A stretch of 63,486 nt of DNA, counting the filler, from Octopus bimaculoides (taxonomy: Eukaryota): assembly GCF_001194135.2 (NCBI RefSeq). It is 10 parts of 7 records of this genome, joined end to end, with 100 filler letters (N's around TTAATTAATTAA, not from the genome) between each part and the next. Parts side by side here need not be neighbours in the genome. Positions count along the whole stretch, not along the records: positions 1 to 10,639 come from NC_068985.1; positions 10,740 to 20,274 come from NC_068985.1; 8 more parts are not named here. One strand, 5' to 3'. Position numbers and translations under genes: made by a program. The notes below the pieces were generated by a model. That model was not told where the DNA came from. It saw only the letters and a program-made list of their open reading frames with translations, and did no database searches. Positions 1 through 12,391 of the stretch are shown here, piece after piece (position 1 is the first letter of the stretch; each line of letters opens with the position of its first letter).

Positions 1-124
1 TATATATATTGACGCACAAACACATTCACGGAAACGTGTGCATGAAATAGAGACAGGGAGAGCGAGTGAACTTGGCACACATTGAATGTTACGCAATTGT
101 AAAGTTTGTTATATTTGTATATAT

Positions 125-265
125 AAAACGGGCTGGTTTCAGTTTTCATCTACCAAATCCACTGAAACTTGGCTCCACCCTGAAACTATAGTCGGGCCAA
201 TCAATGACACTGAACCCAGAACAATATGGTTCAGAATCAAACTTGTTACTATACAGTTATGTCCA
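125..265 (-). mobile_element. SINE family A, degenerate 5' half
   Basis: tttcagttttcatctaccaaatccact...gactgaaccc resembles the reverse complement of the family A head/core. Confidence 0.5.
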
Positions 266-279
266 AAGAGAGAGTTGTA

Positions 280-329
280 GATAGATAAATAGACAGATAG
301 ATAGACCGAGTGGTAGATAGACCGAGTGG

Positions 330-386
<57 letters not shown>

Positions 387-405
387 GAATGGATAGATAG
401 ATATA
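280..405. repeat. (GATA)n microsatellite with a duplicated 16-bp interruption (tagatagaccgagtgg x2)
   Basis: Directly visible. Confidence 0.95.
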
Positions 406-1727
406 GTTACGTGTGAGCGTGTTGCATGTGCATAATACATATTAAAAATTCCGCAACAAATCGACGCAAAAGTCTATTTCGAAATTAATATATAATGATT
501 CGTATAAGTGTCATAGAGATTATAAAAAGATGATAATTAGACTGACATAGAAATACGTATATGTTTATCCGTACTACGCATACATAGATACGTACATACA
601 TGCACAATGCATACAAACACACATACACACACTCACACAGACACGCACATATATTTATTTATGCATATATGCATAAGAAGAAGAAGAAGCAAATAATAAA
701 TTTGTAATCCTTTAATTAATTTAGGGATTTATATTTATACTTATTCATATGACCACTAGGCTGACTGACTTAGGGAATGTTTAGCCAGTTAACACTTTGA
801 GTGTCGAGTTAGCTCACTGCTTAGTTGCTGTGTATGTTAGTTCAGGAGTTAGATTTTCTAGTATCAACTCCCAGTTTGGGACAATTCCCTAGTCATCACC
901 TCCTCTTAACCGTAATTATTGTCCTTATCACCCTCCCTAATTATTTTCCTACGCAATAAATTCCCTTCTATGTCTGCAAATTTCACACTCCTGTTTTTAT
1001 AAAGCTTTTGGACCATTCTACCCACCTCCAACAGCCTTAATTCCTATTTGTCCAAACAGATATCTCTCTCTATGTTTTAATGATACTGCCGACATTCTTC
1101 ATTCCTTCGCATTGTACTTGTTTACATGCCTGGGTTTTCTTTTTTATATATAATGTCCTAAGCGTTTGGGGGCCCCTTACAACATATACCACTTTTCCAT
1201 AGTTATATTTATATTTTAATATTTTTTTTTAATATCGATCTGTATAACGGTCTTAATAGCTTGCTCTTTGTTTTTAAATTTAACTGAATAAATATATCGA
1301 ACGCTGGACCTTGGTCAATCCTATTACGGGCAATGTGTTATTGGACTTTATCACATTAGTAAGCAAATAATTGAAATTGATTGTTGGACACTTTATTATG
1401 TTAAATACTATTAACTAGTACTACAAAAATAACCATTAAAAACTATCATGATTACCTCAAATCTTTATGATAGCTTCACTCCCTTTCTGGCTAAACCTAT
1501 TGGTGTAACTCGTTATTGTTAATTTTCTATTTTTTATTACGTATCCACTCTATTACTCCCATAGAAAACTTAACCCACCAATTAGTATTTTAAGTTTAGT
1601 CATTTACCCAACATTCCAAAGAGACACATAAGCAAAATGGTATGATTTAAATATATTCAGTCTTTCTTTTTCCTTTCTTTTTCATCTCTAGGCTCTTTTT
1701 TCTGTTACGTATGTATTTCTCTTCACT

Positions 1728-1832
1728 CTGATGAAGCTCAATATTCCAGATCGGTTTTACTACAAAATATATTGAACATTATTTTTTAGCATATCAATGG
1801 CAATACCATATAACATTGGAAGCAGAAACAGC
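1728..1832 (+). ncRNA. Hammerhead-ribozyme-like motif with a long stem II insert (Penelope pLTR-like remnant)
   Basis: CTGATGA-A-GCT...(about 80 nt)...AGC-A-GAAA-CAGCTG-TT. ACAGCTGT is a palindromic stem III of dimeric-HHR type. Stem I is not recoverable. Confidence 0.35.
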
Positions 1833-1937
1833 TGTTAAATATGATGCAGGCTATTTGTATTGAATTAAATAATAATAATTGGTGTAAGTCAATTGTGGTT
1901 AATTACCATTTCTCCATTTTCTGTTTACTTTAGATTG

Positions 1938-2020
1938 GCCTTTCGTCTACGAAATCCACTCACAAGGTCTTGATCACGCCGGTGCTATAGGAGTTGGGAC
2001 CTATCCAAGGTACGACGCAT
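1938..2020 (-). mobile_element. SINE family A, degenerate core fragment ending in TA/TG microsatellite
   Basis: ttcgtctacgaaatccactcacaagg... similar to the family A core. Confidence 0.5.
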
Positions 2021-2030
2021 ATATATATGA

Positions 2031-2086
<56 letters not shown>

Positions 2087-2880
2087 TTGTGTAGTGTGTG
2101 TCCTTATATGTATGTATACTTGCATATCTCTGTGTGTCTACATGTATGCATGTTTTGTACACACACACACACACTAACACACACATATATATACAGAGAG
2201 ATGGGAAGACAGATATGAATGTATATAAATCCTTCACTCATAACTTTGTTTTAAATCTACGAACTTTCCCCAACATCATCCATAAATCTATCAAAGATTC
2301 AACCAAAAGATCCATAACCACCACCACCTCCACCACCACCACCACCACCTCCGCTTTCATTATCACTTTCACTTTCACTCTTATTCCCTTTAGACATCTA
2401 CATATACTACACCACTAGCACCAGTATTACTGCGTTCCATACTCGCTCTTATACGTCTACTCTATCAAATGAAACTAACAACCTCTGACCGAACCAATAT
2501 TTATCACTATCTCTGATCACAAACCAATCACCAATCCTAATCATCTATAAGATATAAGAAACGAAAATCCAATGAAGCAGATATTATAATAAATACAAAA
2601 AGTAGGGAAAAAGGATAAGAATTAATCCGATATAAAACGACGAGAAATATTATGAGAAAGTTAGGAAGATTCCGAGACACGATTTGTCCTGTGTTTATCT
2701 TCATTTATGATCTTTAATTTTAAAGTCATATGAGTACTTTCTACCGATTGACTTCTTGCGAATAAGACAAACTGGAACTGTAGTTATTATCGTTGTTGTT
2801 TTTTTTTGTTGTTTCTTTTGTTTTTGTTACTGTTTGGACTCAGGTCAACCCAGATGAAGCAGACGTATGATCAAAGACGA

Positions 2881-3090
2881 GGCGGTGAGCTGACGGAATC
2901 GTTAGAACTTCGGAGAATAAGCTTAATGGTATTTCCTCTGGCTGTTTACGTTCTTAGTTCCAATCCCGCTAAGATCAACCTTCGCCTTTTATTCCCTCAA
3001 GTGGCATAAAACAAAGTACCAGTTAAATACTGGAGGTCGGTGTAATGCACGCACTTGTCCTCTCACCTCAAAATCCCTGGCCTTGAATTC
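2881..3090 (+). mobile_element. SINE family B, old copy
   Basis: Head ggcggtgagctgacggaatcgttag, B-box-like tagttccaatcc, then gcctttt...aaagtaccagtt...ctggaggtcggtgtaat. Confidence 0.65.
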
Positions 3091-5791
3091 TTCAACGCAC
3101 CAGCGTCTCATTCAATGGGAGTGCTCTAATCTCGGACACTTATACGCTATGGAAAACAGGGAACTAGCTTTATGAGTCTCGATGCTTCCCAATGCTCAAG
3201 GTAAAACAAAAATGATCAAAGGCGCTCCTGTTTCCACCATCGCGTTTTGTACTAGAAGCCGAACTACATTTAATCCAGTGTGTCCTTTTGAAAGATTAAA
3301 GAGATATGACTTGAAAGAGAAAGAGAAATAGTTCCGTTGTTGGCTCGCAGTTAAATATGCCTTCATCTTCGATATTGTTGTTTTTGATAGTGGTGGTGAT
3401 AATGCTTGTGTAGACGTTGCTCATATATCCCCCAATTATGTTCTGATTGTAAAAGCCTATTAGCAAAGGGGTCCCAGTCCATCGTATTGTATTTGAGTAG
3501 GACTACATTTTCCAGCTTACCCCCCCCACCACCTTTTTTTCCTTAAAGATAAGAGTACTGAAATTAGGTTCGGCTGGTATTTCATGCATGTCAAGCGACA
3601 AACCAAAGTTTCTCCATACTTTTTTGTATTACCTGATAGACGCTAGCATACTCACAGTCGTCCCGAAACTTAACGATTTCAATTTTAGTCCAAACACTTA
3701 CATTCCAGTAGGAGTAATTACATTACGTAGCATAGCAATAACATTGCCATAGAAGAACTATACAGATCTTATATTGCCACAGAAAGACTACTATGTACTA
3801 ATTAGAATACTACAATACTAAACAAGAAGCATATAAGAATTATGACACATTGTTCACACTTGATATACACTCTTGATATATTGTGTTATGAAAGTAATGT
3901 CCTTGATTCAATGATCTACTTAAGTCTATATGATGTTCATCAGGAATTGAACAAGCTGTAGAAGGATGGAGTGTTTGAATTAAGTTATTTTTGCAGTGTA
4001 ATATGCGCGTGACCAAGGGCTTAGAGTGTTGTATTCAACATCGTAAAATCGTTGTTTTGTTTCCTTGACGCGCGGGGTGTTTTGCTTTTGAGAGAAACAC
4101 TTCAGTCCACTCAGCTATAAATCGATAAGTCTGCAAGTGACCTGCATTCCGTTCAGAGGAAACGACGGCCTACCCACCTTGTGAGAGAAATACTCTGGCA
4201 GATGCACTGAAAAGCATTAGCAATACATTTTATTTCCGCTGGCATTATCTATTTTCCATTTAGTTCGAAACAGCTATCCTTTGTATTTTTTTAAAACTTG
4301 TTTGATATGGACGAAATTGCTTTGTGCATTGACTTCTCGTATTTTCCGGAACCAATGCCCGTTTTGAGTCGTATCATTGTGACGGCTGAAAGAAAACAAG
4401 GTCAGAAAGAGTATTCCAGAGGAAGGACATTATGAAGACAAGGACTGAGCAAAATGGTTAACATAGAACCAGGAGCTGAACAGGGTATGTTTGGGTGAGA
4501 CAAAATGACAGATGACAAAAGAGTCGGAAGGGCTTAAGAGGAGTTAGTGAAAGTTTAACCAACTCGACATGGCAAATGTTATTGTAGTTTCAGTACGAAA
4601 AGTAAAATGCAGGTACTTCACGTCAGTGGAAGAAAGGTCGATGTGTATTGGTCGGCTTCATATGAATAAGTAGGGTAGCTATATAGAATTTCGACTTACA
4701 TACCGTTAGGTTGCTTTACTGTCGGCGTATGTGACGCCGTCACGATGATAGGTTTTGTTGTTTTTTGTTGTTCCTGCTGCTGTAACTGTTAACACAGTTC
4801 AAGTCTTACCCGCACAGCTATAATGAAATAATTTCAGTGTATCGAGGACTAAGTCATCCCTTGCTCTGTCACTTTTTAAGATTATAAGATCATTTACATT
4901 TTTTTGCAGATTATAGTCTCATGTGATTACTCTATCAAATAGACCATGTAGTTGTATAAAGGCTGTCTTCTATGGGCGATTATGAAAAAAGTTGTTTGTA
5001 TTTGACGTCTCAGTCAATTGATGATCACATTTTATTCATAATACATTCGATTGAATAATGATCAAATTGAATTCATTATACGTAGTTATACTGGTTTGAC
5101 TGACAAAATCCTGACCTTCCAAATGATCTGTTGAATATTATAGAATTTAACTTCAAATCTGCTGTGTGCTTATCAAGTAAAATTATAGAATAGCGCTGGA
5201 TAGGAGTAACATCTGATTTATTCGTCTTCGGCACATTATTTATCTTTTGAAGAAAACGTAAATGACATGTGACATTCCACTATTTTTCACGAACAGTAAT
5301 ATTGGAAGGGAATTAAGATGGTTTTTAAAGGAAATCCAAAAGCAGAATACGTCGATTTAAAACCTTTATATGGATTTCGACCTGGTGATAGACAACAAGC
5401 ATAACGGAAAATTTAAATCAAAGATCCTAAAATCAACAAAATATGAGAGAAATATGCGTTCTCACAAAACTTCCTCAATCGAAGGTCCTTAAGAAGAGAT
5501 TATGTATCATGCATAAGATCGAAAGGCAAAACTATAGATGTGTTTGTTGTATCCAAGATTGGTTTCTATTCTCATATATTACAGCAATTTCAATCAAAAA
5601 CAAAAAAAATAATTCGAAACGATCCATGGTGACTGAGTTTGAGATCAAGTTAGCTTAAGAAACATAACCAAAAGCACGATTTTGGTGACTGCACTGCTGA
5701 TATACGAATATTGTTTAACGACAATTTAGTTGAAGGAAGAAAATGGTTTATGGCGTTTGCAGAATTGCTGAGACGAACATGATTACATTAT

Positions 5792-6003
5792 TTTCTTCTC
5801 TAGGCACAAGGCCCGAAATCTTTGGGGAGGGAGCCAGTCGATTAAATCGATCCCAGTACACAACTGGTACTTAATCTATTGACTTCGAAGGATGAAAAAG
5901 CAAAGTCGAGCTCGGCGAAATTTCAACTTAGAAGGTAAAGACAGACGAAATACCGTTAAGTATTTCGCCCAGCGTCCTAAAGTTTCTGTCAACTCGCCGC
6001 CTT
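5792..6003 (-). mobile_element. SINE family B (tail type 2)
   Basis: The reverse complement begins aaggcggcgagttgacagaaactttagg, contains gccttt(t)catccttcgaagtcaatag and ends ...gccttgtgcctagagaagaaaa. Confidence 0.85.
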
Positions 6004-6011
6004 AAAATATT

Positions 6012-6444
6012 CTTGTCTACCCTAGGCACAGGGACCGAAATTTTGGAGAAGGGGGCCAGTCGATTAGATCGACCCCAGTACGCAAATGGTACTTAATTTA
6101 TCGACCCCGAAAGGATTTAAGGCAAAGTTAACCCCGGCGAACTTTGATTTCAGAACATAAAGACAAGACGAAATACCGCCAAGCATTTCGGCCTGCGTGC
6201 TAACGTTTCTTATTTCTTTATTGCCCACAAAGGGGCTAAACATAGAGGGGGCAAACAAGGACAGACAAAGGGATTAAGTCGATTACATCGACCCCAGTGC
6301 GTAGATGATACTTAAATTATCGACCCCGAAAGGATGAAAGGCAAAGTAGACCTCGGCGGAATTTGAACTCAGAAAGTAACGGCAAACGAAATACCGCTAA
6401 GCATTTCGCCCGGTGTGCTAACGTTTCTGCCTACTCACCGCCTT
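6012..6444 (-). mobile_element. SINE family B head-to-tail dimer (tail-1 monomer 6444-6211 joined to tail-2 monomer 6210-6012)
   Basis: Two consecutive bodies with tRNA-like A/B boxes. Junction gtgctaacgtttct|tatttctttattgcccaca at 6210/6211. Confidence 0.85.
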
Positions 6445-6777
6445 CGGTCAGCATTATATTCGTTCGCATTCTGTGTGGAGGAATTGGGTTAATCAGGAGC
6501 AACAAAATGGGATATACAAGGGATTAAAAGTATTAAGGACTAAAAGTATGTAAAAAATAATTGGTTAAAGCAAGTTTTGACGGGAGTAAAACATCAACGA
6601 GAAGGCGAGGAAGAGGTAGGGCTGTTACAAATTGGTTGAAGAAGAAATTGTAACTAGTTAGATACAAATGGCAAACCTCGTTATAGCAACGATATAGAAG
6701 GCAGAGTGCTGCAGTAAATTTAGCACTGCCAATTTAGTATACATTGTTGATTCCTTTCCTGGAAAAAATCAGAAATG

Positions 6778-6819
<42 letters not shown>

Positions 6820-6929
6820 AGAGAGAGCGAGATAGAGAGAGAGAGAACGAGCGAGAGAGAAAGAACGAGCGAGAGAGAGAGAGAAAGAGCGAGAGAGATA
6901 GAGATGCTCCTTACTATAGCTACAACTAA

Positions 6930-7190
6930 AGTATGTCCCGAGTTCTAGGACTCACAGGGACAGTTGTCTGACTTTCATGGTGTATAAGTAAACAGAAGTC
7001 ACAACAAATCTCCTGATAGAGACACCCGTGCATCGCAGGGCTACACATTTACAGGTGAGCGGACTGCAGCAATATGGAATGCAGCATTTAAAACAGGAAC
7101 ACAACTCGTAGCCTGGCCCGGAAATCGAAACAACAACCTTGCCAACCTGAATTTGAATACCTTAACAACGAGGCTACGTGCTTTCACACC
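6930..7190 (-). mobile_element. Old tRNA-headed SINE with CORE-like middle
   Basis: aggtgagcggactgcagcaat...aacacaactcgtagcctggcccggaaatcgaaac resembles the reverse complement of a tRNA head plus CORE-type domain; degenerate. Confidence 0.4.
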
Positions 7191-7769
7191 TTACTATAAC
7201 TATGCAAGGAATTGTTTAATGCGTGTAGCATTGTAGCTGCGTAGCTGGTCAACGATGGCAGACTAAGTATGAAATATTGCCTAACCCTCAAGTGCAAGAC
7301 TCGTATTATGGATGTATGCAAGCGTGGTTATGTTGCAATGATTCACAGGTTGAGGTGATGGCTTGCATGATAGCTAGCAAGACTTGCATGGCAGAGAGAC
7401 AGAGAAACACGGGGAAGAAATGATAGTGGAACAATTGATCAATTAGATTCCCGCTGTTGTGATAATTAAAATCGGACATATTTCACTGGGGCTAAGTAAT
7501 AAGAACACACCAGAATAATAACAACAGCATCGCTAGGAACAACAACAACAACAACAACAATAACAACAGCGACAGCAACAATAATCATGACAACGACGAA
7601 ATGTCAAAGCAATGTAGTACAAAAATAGCAATAATCTTGAATCTAAACACTGTGGTTCATTAATTATTTAAAATAGCTGAAGGTTTTCGGATCTCTCCAC
7701 CACGCGACAGAATATGTTTTCAAGGAACATTCATGGCGGTGGAATAACCACCAAAACCAGCACCATCAA

Positions 7770-7836
7770 GACCACCATGAACGCTGTCACCACCACCACC
7801 ACAACCACCGCTGTCACCATCATCATAATCATACTC

Positions 7837-7885
<49 letters not shown>

Positions 7886-7970
7886 CGTCGTTATTATCAT
7901 CGTTTCACCATCAACACCAATTCAGCATCATAACTAACAACGCAACAACCGCTATAACCATCACCATCTT

Positions 7971-8011
<41 letters not shown>

Positions 8012-8130
8012 GCTTCAACACCATCGTTGATGTCATCGTCGTCGTCGTCATCATCATCATCATCATCATCATCATCAACACCATCGTCGTCGTCGACGTT
8101 GTTGTTGTTGTTGTTGTTGTTGTTGTTATC
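7770..8130. repeat. Compound microsatellite: (CAC)n, (TA)n, (CAT)n, (CAG)n, (CGT)n, (TGT)n
   Basis: Directly visible. Confidence 0.9.
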
Positions 8131-9267
8131 ACCTTTATCATTAGAGCGGCGAGACGGCGAAACAAGTATAGGTTGAGCACTTGGATCGATATGATCGATA
8201 TGATCGATGCTCCTGCCCCTGAAATGTGTGGCGTTTTGCTGAAATCTGAAATCTTTTCTACGGTGACAAGTTGGCAGAATGGACAGCACCTCGGACATGA
8301 TTCTTGGCATAATGCTAAGAATTACTTCCACCACTTNNNNNNNNNNNNNNNNNNNNNNNNNNNNNNNNNNNNNNNNNNNNNNNNNNNNNNNNNNNNNNNN
8401 NNNNNNNNNNNNNNNNNNNNNNNNNNNNNNNNNNNNNNNNNNNNNNNNNNNNNNNNNNNNNNNNNNNNNNNNNNNNNNNNNNNNNNNNNNNNNNNNNNNN
8501 NNNNNNNNNNNNNNNNNNNNNNNNNNNNNNNNNNNNNNNNNNNNNNNNNNNNNNNNNNNNNNNNNNNNNNNNNNNNNNNNNNNNNNNNNNNNNNNNNNNN
8601 NNNNNNNNNNNNNNNNNNNNNNNNNNNNNNNNNNNNNNNNNNNNNNNNNNNNNNNNNNNNNNNNNNNNNNNNNNNNNNNNNNNNNNNNNNNNNNNNNNNN
8701 NNNNNNNNNNNNNNNNNNNNNNNNNNNNNNNNNNNNNNNNNNNNNNNNNNNNNNNNNNNNNNNNNNNNNNNNNNNNNNNNNNNNNNNNNNNNNNNNNNNN
8801 NNNNNNNNNNNNNNNNNNNNNNNNNNNNNNNNNNNNNNNNNNNNNNNNNNNNNNNNNNNNNNNNNNNNNNNNNNNNNNNNNNNNNNNNNNNNNNNNNNNN
8901 NNNNNNNNNNNNNNNNNNNNNNNNNNNNNNNNNNNNNNNNNNNNNNNNNNNNNNNNNNNNNNNNNNNNNNNNNNNNNNNNNNNNNNNNNNNNNNNNNNNN
9001 NNNNNNNNNNNNNNNNNNNNNNNNNNNNNNNNNNNNNNNNNNNNNNNNNNNNNNNNNNNNNNNNNNNNNNNNNNNNNNNNNNNNNNNNNNNNNNNNNNNN
9101 NNNNNNNNNNNNNNNNNNNNNNNNNNNNNNNNNNNNNNNNNNNNNNNNNNNNNNNNNNNNNNNNNNNNNNNNNNNNNNNNNNNNNTTGGATCGATATGAT
9201 CGATATGATCGATGCTCCTGCCCCTGAAATGTGTGGCGTTTTGCTGAAATCTGAAATCTTTTCTACG

Positions 9268-9490
9268 GTGACAAGTTGGCAGAATGGACAGCACCTCGGA
9301 CATGATTCTTGGCATAATGCTAAGAATTACTTCCACCACTTTTATTTCTCTATTCGAATTCCGTCGAGATCGACTTCGCCTTTCATCATTCTGGGGTCGA
9401 TAATTTAAGTACCAGCGATGCACTGGGGTCCATGTAAACGACTAGCCCCACCCACAAAATGTCTGTCTTTGTGTTTATAGTATAGCGAAT
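9268..9490 (+). mobile_element. SINE family B, old copy
   Basis: gtgacaagttggcagaat...gtcgagatcgacttcgcctttcatcattctggggtcgataatttaagtaccag...ctggggtcc. Confidence 0.7.
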
Positions 9491-9706
9491 AATTATCATT
9501 GTTAATCCTCTCCTTCCCCTCCTCCTCATCGTCCACCTCCTCACCACCACGACCAACAACAACACTAACATCATCATTATTATCATCATCATCATCATCA
9601 TCTTCATCATCGTCATTATCATCACCACCACCGTTATATGTTATCTTACCTACATCCGTTGTGACAATATGGTTTCAGAAATAACTTTCATCGTCACTGC
9701 TGCTGT

Positions 9707-9737
<31 letters not shown>

Positions 9738-9747
9738 GCTACTATTG

Positions 9748-9788
<41 letters not shown>

Positions 9789-9799
<11 letters not shown>

Positions 9800-9991
9800 C
9801 ACTACTACAATAAGGGACATGCTGAACTGGTTAAGGTCAAATAACTAACAAGCAAATCTTTGGTATTGAGCAGTATATTTGCTGTAGCCTATTTTTTTAA
9901 TACCAAGTCAAAACAATGTACATGAATAATACTTCCAATCAGTTAAGACGGGAAGCCATAAAAGCCACTGCCTGGTATTGCATCAGGATAT

Positions 9992-9995
<4 letters not shown>
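9789..9995 (-). mobile_element. Repeat family F, partial copy between (AAT)n and (AGT)n tracts
   Basis: The reverse complement aligns by eye with 25416-25600 (gcagtaccaagcggtggctctcatggcttctgatcttaattgattggaagtgttatcatgtacattgttttg...). Confidence 0.75.
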
Positions 9996-10050
<55 letters not shown>

Positions 10051-10316
10051 TAGTTTACTACATTTATATATATATATTTTTCAATTCAATACGACTGTTT
10101 AGATTTTCACCTTTCTAATTTCTTAATGTCTAGCGATTTCTGAAAGGCAAAGCTGTTTTTTTAATTACGACATGAATATTTATAATTATCCAAGAATCTC
10201 AAGTTGCTAATTTCTCTGCATATTATTACATGCTATATGGATTTAATTTTGAATCCTGCTGCTGGTGCTGCTCCTGCTGCTACAACAACGACAGCTACTA
10301 CTACTACTACTACTAC

Positions 10317-10353
<37 letters not shown>

Positions 10354-10371
10354 TATTATTATTATTATTAT

Positions 10372-10640
10372 TATTGTTCAGTAGTTTTATTTTTATAACG
10401 TGCTTTCACTTCACTACCGAGCGCAGCTCTGTGCGCCTTGGGTATGTGCTGTGGTTTGCTGTGGTGCTCTTATATTTACTGTATTGAAAGTGTTTTGCGT
10501 AGAATGTGTGCAGTACCCAGTAGTGCAATTTTCTGTATGTTATATATATTTGTAATTCCTGGTGTTTTTGTTATGTATTTGTCTGAATATTTTTTTATAA
10601 TACCTAAGGCACCTACTATGATAGGAATTGTTTCTGTTCN
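10372..10640 (-). mobile_element. R4/Dong-type RLE LINE 3' end (subfamily D1) with (AAT)n tail
   Basis: The minus strand encodes TETIPIIVGALGIIKKYSDKYITKTPGITNIYNIQKIALLGTAHILRKTLSIQ*, then a 3' UTR ending aaaactactgaacaataataat. Confidence 0.85.
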
Positions 10641-10756
10641 NNNNNNNNNNNNNNNNNNNNNNNNNNNNNNNNNNNNNNNNNNNTTAATTAATTAANNNNN
10701 NNNNNNNNNNNNNNNNNNNNNNNNNNNNNNNNNNNNNNNATTATTATTATTATTAT

Positions 10757-11130
10757 TTCACAAGTCCCTCTTTTGTTTGGAGCTGTAGCACTGTCTGCCA
10801 TTTGTTCATTGAGTGCTCTATGTATTTTATGATAATTGGTGCCACCTTGTTTATGGCTAGTGTTTCCAGGATCCACGTGTGGGGAACACTGTCGAAAGCC
10901 TTTTGGTAGTCCACCCAGGCCATACTGAGGCCTTTCTTCTTTCTGCGGCTGTCTTCAGTTATGGCTTTATTGATCAATAATTGATCTTTACAGCCGTATG
11001 AGCCCTTGTAGCATCCCTTCTGCTCTTCTGGAAACAGGTTGTTATTTTCCAGGTGTTTACTCACTCTCTGCGATATTATTGCAGTAAAGGCTTTGTAGAT
11101 CGTAGGGAGACAGGTTATAGGTCTATAACT
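10757..11130 (-). mobile_element. Non-LTR reverse transcriptase fragment, R4/Dong-like, open reading frame intact
   Basis: YRPITCLPTIYK, EEQKGC, GCKDQLLINK and WVDYQKAFDSVPHTWI are the early RT motifs of R2/R4/NeSL-type elements. The fragment ends abruptly in (AAT)n at about 10756. Confidence 0.9.
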
Positions 11131-11850
11131 AGCATATCCAGTGATTATGGAAGCGTCTATCACATTAGGTGGTAATGTCTTCACAATCCTCGCTGTCGCA
11201 TTGCATAATCAAGGAGGATTTAAATTTCTTAGAAGAATTATTAGGACTCCTATCTTTAGAAACAGTTAATGTGGAGGGGTTCCAGGTGGCTCGTGATAAT
11301 TAAGGAACTCTTTTGTATAATGGACAACTTGATTTTCATCAAGGACTGAATCAACTGACTTGTACTCCTTAATAACTGTTCGAATCTTATTCATTAATTC
11401 AACTGTTAATCCTTGCGCTACTGTCTCATTGTTTGGAAGCAAGAATTGCCCTTTCATACTGGAATGATTTGGGACCGCGTACTTCATGGAAAAGGAGCCG
11501 TAAGTAGTAGCACACCGCGTGGCTGGGTGGACACTGTGGACGCTTGCAAGAGTGTCAGCCCCACGTTTCTTCTTGTGCCATTTATTGTTTCTCCAGGTGT
11601 AATACTTGGGTAATTGTGGGTAAAGGAGTTTTCTTGCATCTTCATCTACTTGACACAACTGAATAAAAAGCAGTATGGGTAGTTTCTTTTGGAGAGAGTG
11701 CTTGTTGCAAGGCTGTTTTGTAAATATAAGCCCGCGACCGTTCTGTAGATGGACACTCAGATGAATGATGGGTGGGTGCGCCAAAAAGACTAAATGGCAC
11801 TGATGTATCTTCCTCGGTCATCCTGTGCTTCTACGTCATTTTTATTTATC
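11131..11850 (-). mobile_element. Helitron Rep/PIF1-helicase remnant, internally deleted
   Basis: GRYISA, IIHLSVHLQNG, LLYPQLPKYYTW, VHSVHP, (frameshift) CYYLRLLLHEVRGPKSF, then helicase YKSVDSV...EFLN..EPPGTPPH, IILLRNLNPP*LCNAT, NVIDASIITG. All are Helitron Rep-Hel hallmarks; stops and frameshifts are present. Confidence 0.85.
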
Positions 11851-12333
11851 TGATGACTGTAATTCTACTTAAAAGTGTATGTTGCAGCATCTAAACCTTT
11901 TGTTTATATATTTGCAAATATATCTAATAGAGTTAACAGTGTTGCAGAATACAACACTGACTCTGGCTACCTGCACTAGTGTATGCTTCACTGTAGAACA
12001 CTGGTCATCTGCATCTTGCGAAGTATTTTTGAAACCTAAAAAAGGGGACTAAATGAAGAAAATATCTTCACAAGAGTTATTGAAATAAATGGTGATTGTG
12101 TACTTCTGCACGCTGGCACACACACACACACACACACGCTCATACGCACACACACACACACACAAACACACAATATCAAACATCAGATGAAATGGACGTG
12201 TGTGTGTGTGTGTGAGAGAGAGGGGAATGTGCATGCTGTCATGAGTACGCACATACAAAAATAAATATGCACAAATATTTTTTGTATGTATGTATGCGTT
12301 TATGTGTGTGTGAGAGAGTAAGTGCCATTTAGA

Positions 12334-12391
<58 letters not shown>

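Noticed and set aside
700-1400. Possible decayed retroelement ORF on the minus strand (similar impression at 45740-46270, 51560-52020, 56640-57050)
   Set aside because: Multiple stops in every frame and no diagnostic motif that I can name; needs a translated HMM search, so it is not annotated.
8181-9341. Exact 156-bp direct repeat (8181-8336 and 9186-9341) around an N gap, looking like LTRs or a large target duplication
   Set aside because: Perfect identity in an otherwise old SINE-containing sequence and position at both contig ends indicate unmerged overlapping contigs; the gap is probably false.
7714-9423. Long ORFs of 300-560 aa in the ORF track (also 21090, 41589, 43328, 60535 etc.)
   Set aside because: Composed of N runs and simple-repeat translations.
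10684-10695. TTAATTAATTAA 12-mer recurring nine times (10684, 20319, 30555, 35437, 40551, 45547, 48163, 54621, 58616)
   Set aside because: Always embedded in about 44 N on each side (100-bp block) and has stops in all six frames; it is an assembly gap marker, not biology.
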